Shown in pieces: positions 24,786 through 37,337 of a stretch of 64,000 nt of DNA. How positions within the stretch are numbered: position 1 is the stretch's first letter; the number at the start of each line of letters is the position of its first letter. A program made the translations under genes and the position numbers. Source of the DNA: Mobula hypostoma (lineage: Eukaryota); assembly GCF_963921235.1 (NCBI RefSeq), contig NC_086097.1, positions 184,948,001-185,012,000 of the forward strand, written 5' to 3'. The notes beneath the pieces are model-generated. The model ran no database searches, had not been told where the DNA came from, and worked only from the letters and a program-made list of their open reading frames with translations.

Positions 24786-26462
24786 AAGAGTGTGCTTAAC
24801 TTTCGTAGCATGCACCTGGTACTTACTTATTTGATAAACTATGTGAGGTAGAATGTTATGTTGCCATATTTACAAAAGTATGGCCTGGATTAATCCAATT
24901 AAACCTGCAATGCACAGTTGATAACTGCTCCAGGGCTTGGTTGAAAGATGTGAACCATTGGTGCTGGATTGGTTGCTGACAGCTTAGGCATTAATTGCAG
25001 CCTGTTTTTTGATGGTTTTCTTGATGTAGGAGATGGAAGTATTTGCCCAGGTTACCCACTTCACATGCACATGCTGAAAATGTGTGCAGTCATTGAACAA
25101 ATTTTCCTGTTAAGCACGATAGCTGAATAGCATATTATTCTGGCTCACAGGATGGTTAATCAATTTAGTTTTAATTACTGGCAGACTCATGGAACTGTAC
25201 CCCAGCATGTTAGTATCTTCTGAGAAAGGAATAAGAAGAGAAATTTGAAAAAAAGTGATTTGTGATGAACTTAATTAGTGTGTGCATATTGAAGAGCAAA
25301 CTCATGAGAATTGATAACTGTAAAAAGTCTTTTGCACTCTTAATGGTCGTTATCCAGAGAGAGCAATTGGATTGTGTTAACTTCATATTTCAAGCCCAGA
25401 CTATCTAAACCATTGCCCACGTGGCTCTTGTACCCTGGTGAATCATCCAGCTGCAAACCGTTCATCGTGTTGCTTCATTTCCAAATCCATGTGTAATTTC
25501 TGATATTGTAATCTAACAATTACTCATTAAAACACCTATGAGAAAAAAAACTCCAAGAATTGACAGTTCCAGAGCTGAAGCATATAATACTGTAGGACTT
25601 TTTTTCTTTATATATATTTTTATATATATATATATAGTATTTCAAAGAGTTGATCTGTTCCTAATTGAAAGAGGGAGAGTTATAGTACCGCAAATTTCAT
25701 TTCACATCAATTTATGAAGATAGTAGACTTGTTTGGTTTAATTTTAATTGGCTTATTGAGTGACCAAAGCAGTGCTAATTTAAGTACTTCTTGAATGGGC
25801 ACAGTGCAGTAATTGTTTACCATGGGGTTTGATAATAACAGACTGTGTGCTTCACTAATAATTTTAAGCTTCATAGAGGAAATTTTCTTCTTTGCTACTT
25901 TAATCAATCAGAGTGAATAGGGGGAGAGGGTAGGGACACAAATTTCTGCATTTTACTTACATTTTAGTATCCCACACAGCTTATTGGGCATCACCTTAGA
26001 TTTGAATCCTCATTGGTACAAGGATGAATAGAATGGGTGCTTGGAAACTTCCAGTTCCATTTCTGTTTGACACCTGATAAAATTAGTGCCTTGGAACCCC
26101 TGGAGAACCTTTGGCAATCATGTGGTTCTTAGATCCTTATTAACATTTTCTGTCCCTCATGTCAGGACTGTTTAAAGGCTTAAGAACTTTGCTGTTTGGC
26201 AGCAGCCCATAATTATATGCTGACAGCAGCCAGGGATACATCTGTGCTCTGGTTTTCTCCCAGATGTTTGGATGGGTTGGTATCCCTAATCATAGTACAC
26301 CAGGGCTGGGAAATCTTTGTGCATGCAACTTCATAAGCAGGAAATCCATGACTGTAGCATAGTATCCCCTAGTAATGTTGGAGGTAATTCGAAACACAGT
26401 AGAAAGATATATTGGTATGATCTGGAGGCTTTCCACTTTGAGGGCATCTTAGCTTTCGGTTA

Positions 26463-27214
26463 CAGCAGAGTCCAGTTAATTGGGCCATTGGTTAATCAGA
26501 GCAGATGCTTATTTGGGATAACTTAAAGAACAATAAGTAATTGAGAATATTGCTGGGAATCCCTTCATATATTTGGGACACTATGCCACTTAATTGGGGT
26601 AGGGGACTGTTGCCCAACAGATCCTAATTAGAGGTCAATCACGCGCACTTGTATTTGGAGCAAAAACATTTTAAATAGCGTCAGTTGTGTGTGTTTGTAT
26701 TCAAAAAGCAATGATTTTTGTGACAGATCGCTGGTGAGAAATAAGCAGTAAGATGGTTCAGAACCGTTTTGTTCACTACAATTTCAAGCATTCAGGCTTG
26801 GAGATGCCAGAAACAGCAGAGAGTGAAAATGAAATGATTTCATGACTTCAACAAGTCAGGAACTATGAAGAATTTGAAGATATCGACAATCACCATGAAT
26901 GTTATAATGAAATGAAGATTTAGAGGATGCAATCATCAATAGCATTGTATGAACTGAACTCAGTCGGTGTCTGCATTGATTTTGTTCATTGTGTAATTTG
27001 ATAACTATTAGGAACTAATACACAGTTCTGTAGTATTATTGGTAGTGCTCTAATTTGATCTGTGTTTTATTTAAATACATCATTTGTTTCTCCATTTGTC
27101 TTTTTTTTAAACACCTTTTTAACTGTTTCCTGGAAACTTACACTAAATGGGCAGCCATTTAATTGGGCCAAAATGCACTGTTCCTGATTTGCCCCAATTA
27201 ATCAGAATCCACTG
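26463..27214. mobile_element. Tigger/pogo-like non-autonomous DNA transposon
   Basis: TA-flanked imperfect TIRs cagcagagtccagttaattggg and ccccaattaatcagaatccactg. Confidence 0.75.
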
Positions 27215-27894
27215 TATTTAAAAACTTCTGTTCAGTTACAGTTGGATATTGCATTCAAATACCAAATTCTGGTTGCCATTCATATGAACAAAATTGGATA
27301 GAAGTAGACTATGCAAGAAAGCTACAACAATTTAGCCAAGATTATGATATTTTTGCAGTGCAATCATTTAACAGTTTAATAAACCTGCAGTTATCAGACT
27401 CCTGGAATTGTTGCAGAACTGAATTAGCTCTGTGGCTATGGACTTCCTTTCAGGGACTCTGCAGTTCATGTTCTGCGTGTTATTTGTTTAATTCTTTTAT
27501 TATTTGCACGATTTGTTCTTTTTTTCTCACATTGGGTGTTTGGCAGTCTTTGTGTAGGGTTTTTGTAATGGGTTCTATTGCATTTCTTTGGTAACTGTCT
27601 GCAAGAGGACAAATCTCATGGTTGTATTCATTAATAACATACTTTGAACTTTGTGAGTGGTTAGCAGAAGGATACAAAGAGCTTCATCTCTGGCCTCTGT
27701 TGATGTTGGTGTATTTTGGTAGATGATACGTCCTTCAGAATTTCCCACTCTTTCTGAGTTAGCAACTTGCTCTTTTTTGAGGCTTTAGCCTGTTTTTTTT
27801 TGTTGCTGTATTTTCACTGGAACCTCTGCCATATATCCATTACCTGTTGCCATTCAACTGATTTTAAGATGAAGGGAAGATGAGCATTTTTCTT

Positions 27895-28185
27895 GGGACA
27901 CCATGGTAGATTAGTGGTTAAAGTGACATTATTATAGCTTGGAGCATTCCATAGTTTGGGGTTCAATTTCAATGCTGTCTGTAAAGAGCTTGTATGTTCT
28001 CCATGTGAATATCTGGGTTTCCTCTGGGTGTTCTGGTTTCCTCTCATGGTCCAAAGATGTACCAGTTAGTAGGTTAATTGGCCATTGTAAATTATCCTGT
28101 GTTTGGCTGGTGTTAAATAGGTGGGTTGCTGAGTAGTGTAGTCTTTTGGGCTGTAAGGGCCTGTTCGGAGCTTAATCTCTAAAAT
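27895..28185 (+). mobile_element. tRNA-derived SINE (HE1/V-SINE-like)
   Basis: Box A-like tagtggtt, box B-like ggttcaatt, and central gggtttcctctgggtgttctggtttcctc...tccaaagatgtacc...ggttaattgg. Confidence 0.8.
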
Positions 28186-28599
28186 ATTGGGGGAGAAATG
28201 CAAATACTGATTGAAGAAGTTCAAGGAGCTGAATATTTGTTAGGTCTCAAATATAATCCAATTTTGTATCGTCGCCAGTCGACCAGGAAGATCCCGGTGT
28301 AAGTTGATTGTATTAAGTTATAAAAAATTGAGTAGCAGGAATTTTGCACAGAGAAAAAAGAAATATTGTTATACTCACTAAAACATTTTGTTTTAATTAG
28401 AAATGCACTCTATAGCATTGGTTGTAACACAAAGCCTCATACAGAAACGTCAATCTACAATCTAATTCCTGCAGTAAAAGAGGCATAATAATTTTGATCT
28501 GTGATGCCAAGTTTAAGGAGAGGGTAATCAGGTAGCATTGTTTTCCTGATGATTACCTTTTAACATCACCCCTCCCCACAAATCCCCTATAAATTCCAG

Positions 28600-28960
28600 A
28601 GTCAGGTTTGTTTACCCCGACCTATGTCATGAAGTGTGTTTTACAGCAGTAGTACAGTGCAAGACATGAAAATATTCTACAGGTTATCAAAGTAAACAAA
28701 TTGGGCAAAAGAGGAATAATGAGATAGGTTTCATGGTGGAGGGGAAGAAGCTGTTCTTAAGTTTGTGGAGTGTGTGTCTTCAGCTCCTATACCTCCCACC
28801 CCATCCTCCAAGCCCCCAAGGCTGGTCATATGAAGAGGGCATGACCCAGGTGATGAGGGTCCTTGGTAGGCGCTGCCACCTTAAGACACCACCTTTTGAA
28901 GATGTCTGGTGGGGGCATCTATGTTCGTGTCAGAGCTGGCTCAGTCTACAACCCACTGCA
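28600..28960 (-). mobile_element. Rex1/L2-like LINE 3' fragment
   Basis: ggggaagaagctgttctt...cttcagctcctatacctcc...gaagagggcatgaccc is complementary to the 50750-50860 region. Confidence 0.6.
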
Positions 28961-29303
28961 AAATCTTTTTATATTTATATAAAGAAAATTAAATCAATAA
29001 TTCAATGCTTAATCTAGTAAAACACGAGAAAGTGCAAGAATGGGTTCTTACAATTTTTTAGAGAATACATTTGGAGATTCTTCTTGTTCACTATATCCCA
29101 CTATATTCATGAGCTGTTGTTATGACAGAATATTTGGCCAAAACATGTACCTTTCTAAGGAGTAACTAAATCTAGGGAGAAAAAGGTAGAGAGTCAAATG
29201 GCATAGAAAGGTTATCCTGGCAATTAACACTTTGGTAGTCGGTCATAAAAGGTGAAACAAAATGTTAGAGCTAAGCAGGATGCTGAATTGGATAGATGGA
29301 CAA

Positions 29304-29468
29304 AGGAACTCAGCAGGCCAAGCAGCACCTATGGGGGGGAAAAAAGGTACAGTTAACTTGTCGGGCTGAGACCCTTTGCCAGGACCCAAACGTCTTGGCC
29401 TGAAACGTCAACTGTACCTTTTTTTTCCATAAATCGTGTCTGGCCTGCTGAGTTCCTCCAGCATTTTA
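29304..29468. repeat. Palindromic Penelope-type repeat with decayed hammerhead cores; right arm continues at ~31631-31672
   Basis: Arms aggaactcagcaggcca...aaaaaggtacagtt and aactgtaccttttt...tggcctgctgagttcct. Same family as 55250-55360. Confidence 0.7.
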
Positions 29469-31623
29469 CATAGAAACATAGAAAATAGGTGCAGGAGTAG
29501 GCCATTCGGCCCTTCGAGCCTGCACCGCCATTTATTATGATCATGGCTGATCATCCAACTCAGAACCCAGCCTTCCCTCCATACCCCCTGACCCCTGTAG
29601 CCACAAGGGCCATATCTAACTTCCTTTTAAACATAGCTAATGAACTGGCCTCAACAGTTTGCTGTGGCAGAGAATTCCACAGATTCACCACTCTCTGTGT
29701 GAAGAAGTTTTTCCTAACCTCGGTCCTAAAAGGCTTCCCCTCTATCCTCAAACTGTGACCCCTCGTTCTAGACCTCCCCAACATCGGGAACAATCTTCCT
29801 GCATCTAGCCTGTCCAATCCCTTTAGGATCTTATACGTTTCAATCAGATCCCCCCTCAATCTTCTAAATTCCAACGAGTACAAGCCCAGTTCATCCAGTC
29901 TTTCTTCATATGAAAGACCTGCCATCCCAGGAATCAATCTGGTGAACCTTCTTTGTACTCCCTCTATGGCAAAGATGTCTTTCCTCAGATTAGGGGACCA
30001 AAACTGCACACAATACTCCAGGTGTGGTCTCACCAAGGCCTTGTACAACTGCAGTAGTACCTCCCTGCTCCTGTACTCGAATCCTCTCGCTATAAATGCC
30101 AGCATACCGTTCGCCTTTTTCACCGCCTGCTGTACCTGCATGCCCACTTTCAATGACTGGTGTATAATGACACCCAGGTCTCGTTGCACCTCCCCTTTTC
30201 CTAATCGGCCACCATTCAGATAATAATCTGTTTTCCTATTTTTGCCACCAAAGTGGATAACTTCACATTTATCCACATTAAATTGCATCTGCCATGAGTT
30301 TGCCCACTCACCCAACCTATCCAAGTCACCCTGCATCCTCTTAGCATCCTCCTCACTGCTAACACTGCCACCCAGCTTCGTGTCATCCGCAAACTTGGAG
30401 ATGCTGCATTTAATTCCCTCATCCAAGTCATTAATATATATTGTAAACAACTGGGGTCCCAGCACTGAGCCTTGCGGTACCCCACTAGTCACCGCCTGCC
30501 ATTCTGAAAAGGTCCCGTTTATTCCCACTCTTTGCTTCCTGTCTGCTAACCAATTCTCCACCCACACCAATACCTTACCCCCAATACCGTGTGCTTTAAG
30601 TTTGCACACTAATCTCCTATGTGGGACCTTGTCAAAAGCCTTTTGAAAATCCAAATATACCACATCCACTGGTTCTCCCCTATCCACTCTACTAGTTACA
30701 TCCTCAAAAAATTCTATGAGATTCGTCAGACATGATTTTCCTTTCACAAATCCATGCTGACTTTGTCCGATCATTTCACCGCTTTCCAAATGTGCTGTTA
30801 TCACATCCTTGATAACTGACTCCAGCAGTTTCCCCACCACCGACGTTAGGCTAACCGGCCTATAATTCCCCGGTTTCTCTCTCCCTCCTTTTTTAAAAAG
30901 TGGGGTTACATTAGCCACCCTCCAATCCTCAGGAACTAGTCCAGAATCTAACGAGTTTTGAAAAATTATCACTAATGCATCCACTATTTCTTGGGCCACT
31001 TCCTTAAGCACTCTGGGATGCAGACCATCTGGCCCTGGGGATTTATCTGCCTTCAATCCCTTCAATTTACCTAACACCACTTCCCTACTAACATGTATTT
31101 CGCTCAGTTCCTCCATCTCACTGGACCCTCTGTCCCTTACTATTTCTGGAAGATTATTTATGTCCTCCTTAGTGAAGACAGAACCAAAGTAATTATTCAA
31201 TTGGTCTGCCATGTCCTTGCTCCCCATAATCAATTCACCTGTTTCTGTTTGCAGGGGACCTACATTTGTCTTTATCAGTCTTTTCCTTTTTACATATCTA
31301 TAAAAGCTTTTACAGTCCGTTTTTATGTTCTCTGCCAGTTTTCTCTCATAATCTTTTTTCCCCTTCCTAATTAAGCCCTTTGTCCTCCTCTGCTGAACTC
31401 TGAATTTCTCCCAGTCCTCAGGTGAGCCACTTTCTCTGGCTAATTTGTATGCTACTTCTTTGGAATTGATACTATCCCTAATTTCTCTTGTCAGCCACGG
31501 GTGCACTACCTTCCTTGATTTATTCTTTTGCCAAACTGGGATGAACAATTGTTGTAGTTCATCCATGCAACCTTTAAATGCCTGCCATTGCATATCCACC
31601 GTCAATCCTTGAAGTGTCATTTG
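29469..31623 (-). mobile_element. Young 5'-truncated CR1 LINE with uninterrupted reverse transcriptase ORF (no endonuclease)
   Basis: ORF 29560-31881 contains KSPGPDG, NYRPVSLTS, LDFQKAFDKV, GVPQGSVLGP and FADD. The tail is (tttctatg)n on the - strand. Confidence 0.97.
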
Positions 31624-32359
31624 GACAAATGTTATTTGGATTTCCAGCATCTGCCGATTTTGTCTTGTTTGTGGATGGACAAAGGTATGAATTTCTGCCA
31701 GGACGTTGGCATCAATGTTTTGAACAATGTTGTGCTTATGGAGAAGAACGAGGAAGATCACTCGGGCTGGATCCTGATGTGATGGAGGTGTGGCTGAGGA
31801 TCTTAGAAGTAGACAGAAATAAATAGGGCTAGAGCTGTGTGATATTATACTACTGGTAGAAGGCATTCTTAGCGAAGACAATGGAAATAGGGTTTGAAAG
31901 TGATTTTTGAGTCAGACATGCCACCAAGGCTGCAAACAGATTGGTTTAATTTGATTGAATGATAGTAGTGTTGTCTATTCATGATGCTGACCTATCTCTT
32001 GTGCAATACCCTCCCATAAAACTGAGTTCATCCAAGCTGTATTTCTCAGGACCTATTTTGTTCCAAGTCTTGTTTGATCATAACACTTGTTCTTGATTAC
32101 CTTTTTGGGCTCTTGGTGACAAGAACTTGAATTGTTGTTGAGTTGCTTTCGAGCTTTGTTCTTCCCCACTTCCTATGCTGCTCTCTGATCATAAACAACC
32201 ACAGTATTTGAATTTCTACAATTCTGGGCCTCTGGTCATCACTGATTGATTGTGATCAGTTGCCAATAGCAGAAGAAAAGTAGAAAACCAATGATGCTAA
32301 ATGAGACTATTCAGCCCATTATAGCCATGCCAGATGAAAAAGAGCTACCTAACATAGTT

Positions 32360-33750
32360 AGTTACTGGTGTATTTCCTGAAGACTGGAAAGTGACTAACA
32401 TCCTTCCATTGTTAAAGGTTACAAGGACAAACCAAGTAACTACAAGTTTTTCATCCTGACATCAGTAGTGGGAAGATGCTGGAAGGATTTCAGAGGGACA
32501 GGATCCACCATCAGTTGGATACTCAGTACTGATTAGGAAGAGTCAGCATGGCTTTCTGCATGGAAAGTCATACTTGAACTTTTTTTGAGCTTTTTGAAGA
32601 GGTAACCAAAAAAGTAGGTAAGAGTAAAGGTGTGGATGTTACCTCTTTGGATTTTAGCAAAGCCTTCAACAAGGTCCCATGTGGTAGACTGGTCTGAAAG
32701 GTTATATCCTATGGAATGTAGAGGAAGCAGGTTGGGTAGATTCAAAGTTGGTTCTGAGATAGTGGCGGAAAGTCGTTTCTCACAGTGGAGTCTGGTGACT
32801 TGTAGTGTGCTGCGCATGAGTCAATGTTGGCACCTTTGTTCTTCGTTATTTATACAAATGATTTGCATTCAAATGCATAATGGTTGATCATTAAATTGTG
32901 GATGACGTGAAATTAAGGGTTGGTGTTGATTGTGAAGAAGGTTGTTCTAGATTACTAGGGGACCTGGTCAGTTAGGGAAGACGGCAAATGGATTTCAATA
33001 GAGATAAATGTAAGGTGATAATTTTGTAAAGTCATATCAGTGTGGGTTTTATACAATGAATGGCAGTGCACTAGGGAATATAATGCAACAGAGAGACCTA
33101 AGAGTACAAGTGTATCGTTCATTGAAACTTGCATCACAAGTTGACAGGGTGGTGAAAAATCATGTTGGCCTTTATTAATTAGGGCATTGAGTATAGGAGT
33201 TGGGGCATTATGTTGCAGATGTGCAAGTTATTTGTGAGGCCACACTTTGAGTACTGTGTACAATTTTGGTCACGTGTGGAAAGAATGCAGAAAAGATTTA
33301 CAAGGATATTGCCAAGACTAAAGGGCCTGAGTTTTAGGGAGAGGATAGCCAGTCTAGGTCTTCATTACTAAGCATGTTGGAGAAAGAGGGGTGACCTCAG
33401 AGAATTTTATAAAAATTATGAAGGGCATAGATAAGGTGGATGGTAGCAGTCTTCTCCCCATGATAGGGGAGTCCAAAAGTAGGAGGCATAGATTTAGGGT
33501 GAGAGGGGAAAGATTTAAAAGGGACTTGAAGGGCAACTTTTTCAAGCAGTGGGTGGTGAATATATGGAATATGCTTCTGGATGAAGTTGTTGAGGCAGGT
33601 ACAGTAGTATCACTTGGATAGGTACACAGAGGGGAGAGGCTTAAAGGAATGTTATCCAAACACATCAAATTGGAACTAGCTGTGTTGTCAACATGGTTGG
33701 CATGAAATTGTTAGGCCAAAGGGTTTGTATCCATGCCAAATTGTTTTATT
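32360..33750 (+). mobile_element. Old decayed CR1 LINE
   Basis: cctgaagactggaaagtg...gtcagcatggcttt...gattttagcaaagccttcaacaagg, plus ORF 33391-33621 (RHRFRVRGERFKRDLKGNFF). Confidence 0.85.
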
Positions 33751-34136
33751 GTCTGTTTATGTATGTGAACCTATTGATACTCTGGTGCTTTTGATGATCC
33801 ACACTTGTCCAATGACCTCCCATTTGTTGTATAATCTTGTTACACTTTTCCAAATGCATTGCTTCATATTTTAAAGTAGATTTGTTATCAATGTGCGTAT
33901 ATTTTACCATATACAACCCTGAGATTCATTTACTTACAGGCATTCACAACAAACAAAGCAGCCAATTCAATCAACGAAAAACCACACACAACAAGATGAA
34001 CAAACATTTAATGGGGAGGGCTTTGCCTGTGATGGACTAGGCTCTGGATTAAGTGCCATTTGCCATTTTCAACATAATGTATCTCCCAAAGTTGGAAGTT
34101 CTTTCTCCTCCTTATCAACTACACAACTAATGTCCT

Positions 34137-36105
34137 CTCACCTGAGGACTGGGAGAAATTCAGAGTTCAGCAGAGGAGGACAAAGGGCTTAATTAGGAAG
34201 GGGAAAAAAGATTATGAGAGAAAACTGGCAGGGAACATAAAAACGGACTGTAAAAGCTTTTATAGATATGTAAAAAGGAAAAGACTGGTAAAGACAAATG
34301 TAGGTCCCCTGCAGACAGAAACAGGTGAATTGATTATGGGGAGCAAGGACATGGCAGACCAATTGAATAATTACTTTGGTTCTGTCTTCACTAAGGAGGA
34401 CATAAATAATCTTCCAGAAATAGTAAGGGACAGAGGGTCCAGTGAGATGGAGGAACTGAGCGAAATACAAGTTAGTAGGGAAGTGGTGTTAGGTAAATTG
34501 AAGGGATTGAAGGCAGATAAATCCCCAGGGCCAGATGGTCTGCATCCTAGCGTGCTTAAGGAAGTAGCCCAAGAAATAGTGGATGCATTAGTGATAATTT
34601 TTCAAAACTCGTTAGATTCTGGACTAGTTCCTGAGGATTAGAGGGTGGCTAATGTAACCCCACTTTTTAAAAAAGGAGGGAGAGAGAAACCGGGGAATTA
34701 TAGACCGGTTAGTGTAACGTCGGTGGTGGGGAAACTGCTGGAGTCAGTTATCAAGGATGTGATAACAGCACATTTGGAAAGCGGTGAAATGATCGGACAA
34801 AGTCAGCATGGATTTGTGAAAGGAAAATCATGTCTGACGAATCTCATAGAATTTTTTGAGGATGTAACTAGTAGAGTGGATAGGGGAGAACCAGTGGATG
34901 TGGTATATTTGGATTTTCAAAAGGCTTTTGACAAGGTCCCACACAGGAGATTAGTGTGCAAACTTAAAGCACACGGTATTGGGGGTAAGGTATTGGTGTG
35001 GGTGGAGAATTGGTTAGCAGACAGGAAGCAAAGAGTGGGAATAAACGGGACCTTTTCAGAATGGCAGGTGGTGACTAGTGGGGTACCGCAAGGCTCAGTG
35101 CTGGGACCCCAGTTGTTTACAATATATTAATGACTTGGATGAGGGAATTAAATGCAGCATCTCCAAGTTTGCGGATGACACGAAGCTGGGTGGCAGTGTT
35201 AGCAGTGAGGAGGATGCTAAGAGGATGCAGGGTGACTTGGATAGGTTGGGTGAGTGGGCAAATTCATGGCAGATGCAATTTAATGTGGATAAATGTGAAG
35301 TTATCCACTTTGGTGGCAAAAATAGGAAAACAGATTATTATCTGAATGGTGGCCGATTAGGAAAAGGGGAGGCGCAGCGAGACCTGGGTGTCATTGTACA
35401 CCAGTCATTGAAAGTGGGCATGCAGGTACAGCAGGCAGTGAAAAAGGCGAATGGTATGCTGGCATTTATAGCGAGAGGATTCGAGTACAGGAGCAGGGAG
35501 GTACTACTGCAGTTGTACAAGGCCTTGGTGAGACCACACCTGGAGTATTGTGTGCAGTTTTGGTCCCCTAATCTGAGGAAAGACATTTTTGCCATAGAGG
35601 GAGTACAAAGAAGGTTCACCAGATTGATTCCTGGGATGGCAGGACTTTCATATGAAGAAAGACTGGATGAACTGGGCTTGTACTCGTTGGAATTTAGAAG
35701 ATTGAGGGGGGATCTGATTGAAACGTATAAGATCCTAAAGGGATTGGACAGGCTAGATGCAGGAAGATTGTTCCCGATGTTGGGGAAGTCCAGAACGAGG
35801 GGTCACAGTTTGAGGATAGAGGGGAAGCCTTTTAGGACCGAGATTAGGAAAAACTTCTTCACACAGAGAGTGGTGAATCTGTGGAATTCTCTGCCACAGG
35901 AAACAGTTGAGGCCAGTTCATTGGCTATATTTAAGAGGGAGTTAGATATGGCCCTTATGGCTACGGGGGTCAGGGGGGTATGGAGGAAAGGCTGGGGCGG
36001 GGTTCTGAGTTGGATGATCAGCCATGATCATAATAAATGGCGGTGCAGGCTCGAAGGGCCGAATGGCCTACTCCTGCACCTATTTTCTATGTTTCTATGT
36101 TTCTA
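34137..36105 (+). mobile_element. Young 5'-truncated CR1 LINE, same subfamily as 29469-31623, disabled
   Basis: Near-identical translation. Carries TGG>TAG at 34639-34641, a 2-nt loss in the ATAT run at ~35125, an extra G at ~35975, and a (tttctatg)n tail. Confidence 0.97.
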
Positions 36106-36249
36106 ATCTTTATATCAGCTAAATTCTGAAATTTTCTTTCTAAGTATTGTGTCTTCTGCCAAGATGGTCCTTGTGACAATACCTGTGGCCAAGACAAAGA
36201 GATGATCCTCTTCAGCAGGAGAAAATAGCAAAGTGGTGAGGATTTGTAA

Positions 36250-36730
36250 GATAAGATCATAAATCTCTAAGACACTGGAGCAGAATTAGTCCATTTGGCC
36301 CATTGAGTCTGCTCCACCAGTCCATTATAGCAGATTTATTATCCTTCTCTGCCTTCTCCCCATAACCTTTGATGCCCTTACTTATCAAGAATCAGTCAAA
36401 CTCTGCTTTAAATATACCCAATGACTTGGCCTCCACATCCATCCGTGGCAATGAATTCCACATATTCACTGCTCTCTGGCTAAAGAAATTCCTTTTCGTC
36501 TCTGTTCTAAAGGGATGTCCCCCTATTCTGAGGCTGTGCCCTCTAGTCCAAGACTGCTGCACTATTGGAAACCTCCTCTCAACATCCTCTCTATCTAGAC
36601 CTTGCAATATTCAGTAGGTTTCAGTGAGATCCTCCTCATTCTTCCAAGCTCCAGTGAGTACAGGCCCAGAGCCATTAAATACTTCTCATACATTAACCCT
36701 TATTTTTCCTGGAATTATTCTTGTGAATCA
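36250..36730 (-). mobile_element. CR1 LINE 3' end
   Basis: ORF 36392-36607 (TRGHSLRIGGHPFRTETKRNFFSQRAVNMWNSLP) followed by a CR1-like 3' UTR. Confidence 0.9.
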
Positions 36731-37337
36731 TTGTGTGTTTAATGTTTCAGTAATATTGTAAATGTGCTGTTTGATTAACCATTCTTTGTTGTTTACATAA
36801 TGTATTGCAGGCTATATGTAAAAGTAGGTAAATGGCATACATCATCACCCCACTACGTCATAAGTAGTTAAAACTCGCTTAAAGTTAAAAGAAAACTGAG
36901 AAGTACTAGCATTATCCCCTGTGCTCCCATGTTTTTCTTTGAATTAGTTTTATGTTTTGGACTTACAAAACATAACAGTGGTGACAAAATATTTTTAAAA
37001 TGAACCCAAGACAAGTACCTAGTGAAACACAGTGAAACGCTTAAACTTTTGAAAAAAGCAGTGTGCTTTCTTCAGAAGAGGAGAAGACAGCTGAGTTAAA
37101 AATAAAGTCAGAAAATACATGAATTTGTGGGTTCATAAACAGTATGTACTGGGAGATTAAAAGTAATACATTTTTAAAAAAGCAGACATGGCTAGCTACA
37201 TTGGAAAGATAGATGCATTTGATTGCACAAAAATAACTTGCTGCTGCATATGGAACAAATTGAACAGTATTTTGAAGCAAAAGAAATAGCCATTGAGAAG
37301 TGAGTGCCCGTTTTGCTGAGTGCATCAGGTGGAAGAG

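Noticed and set aside
29942..31374. Duplicated antisense ORFs (e.g. MNLLCTPS..., MPPKWITS..., MYFAQF...) also seen at 34189-35619
   Set aside because: These are shadow frames of the two CR1 copies, not independent genes.
29560..31881. RT as a retron, group II intron, DGR or other prokaryotic system
   Set aside because: The motifs, C-terminal domain and 8-nt tandem tail are typical of vertebrate CR1 LINEs, and the context is a spliceosomal intron.
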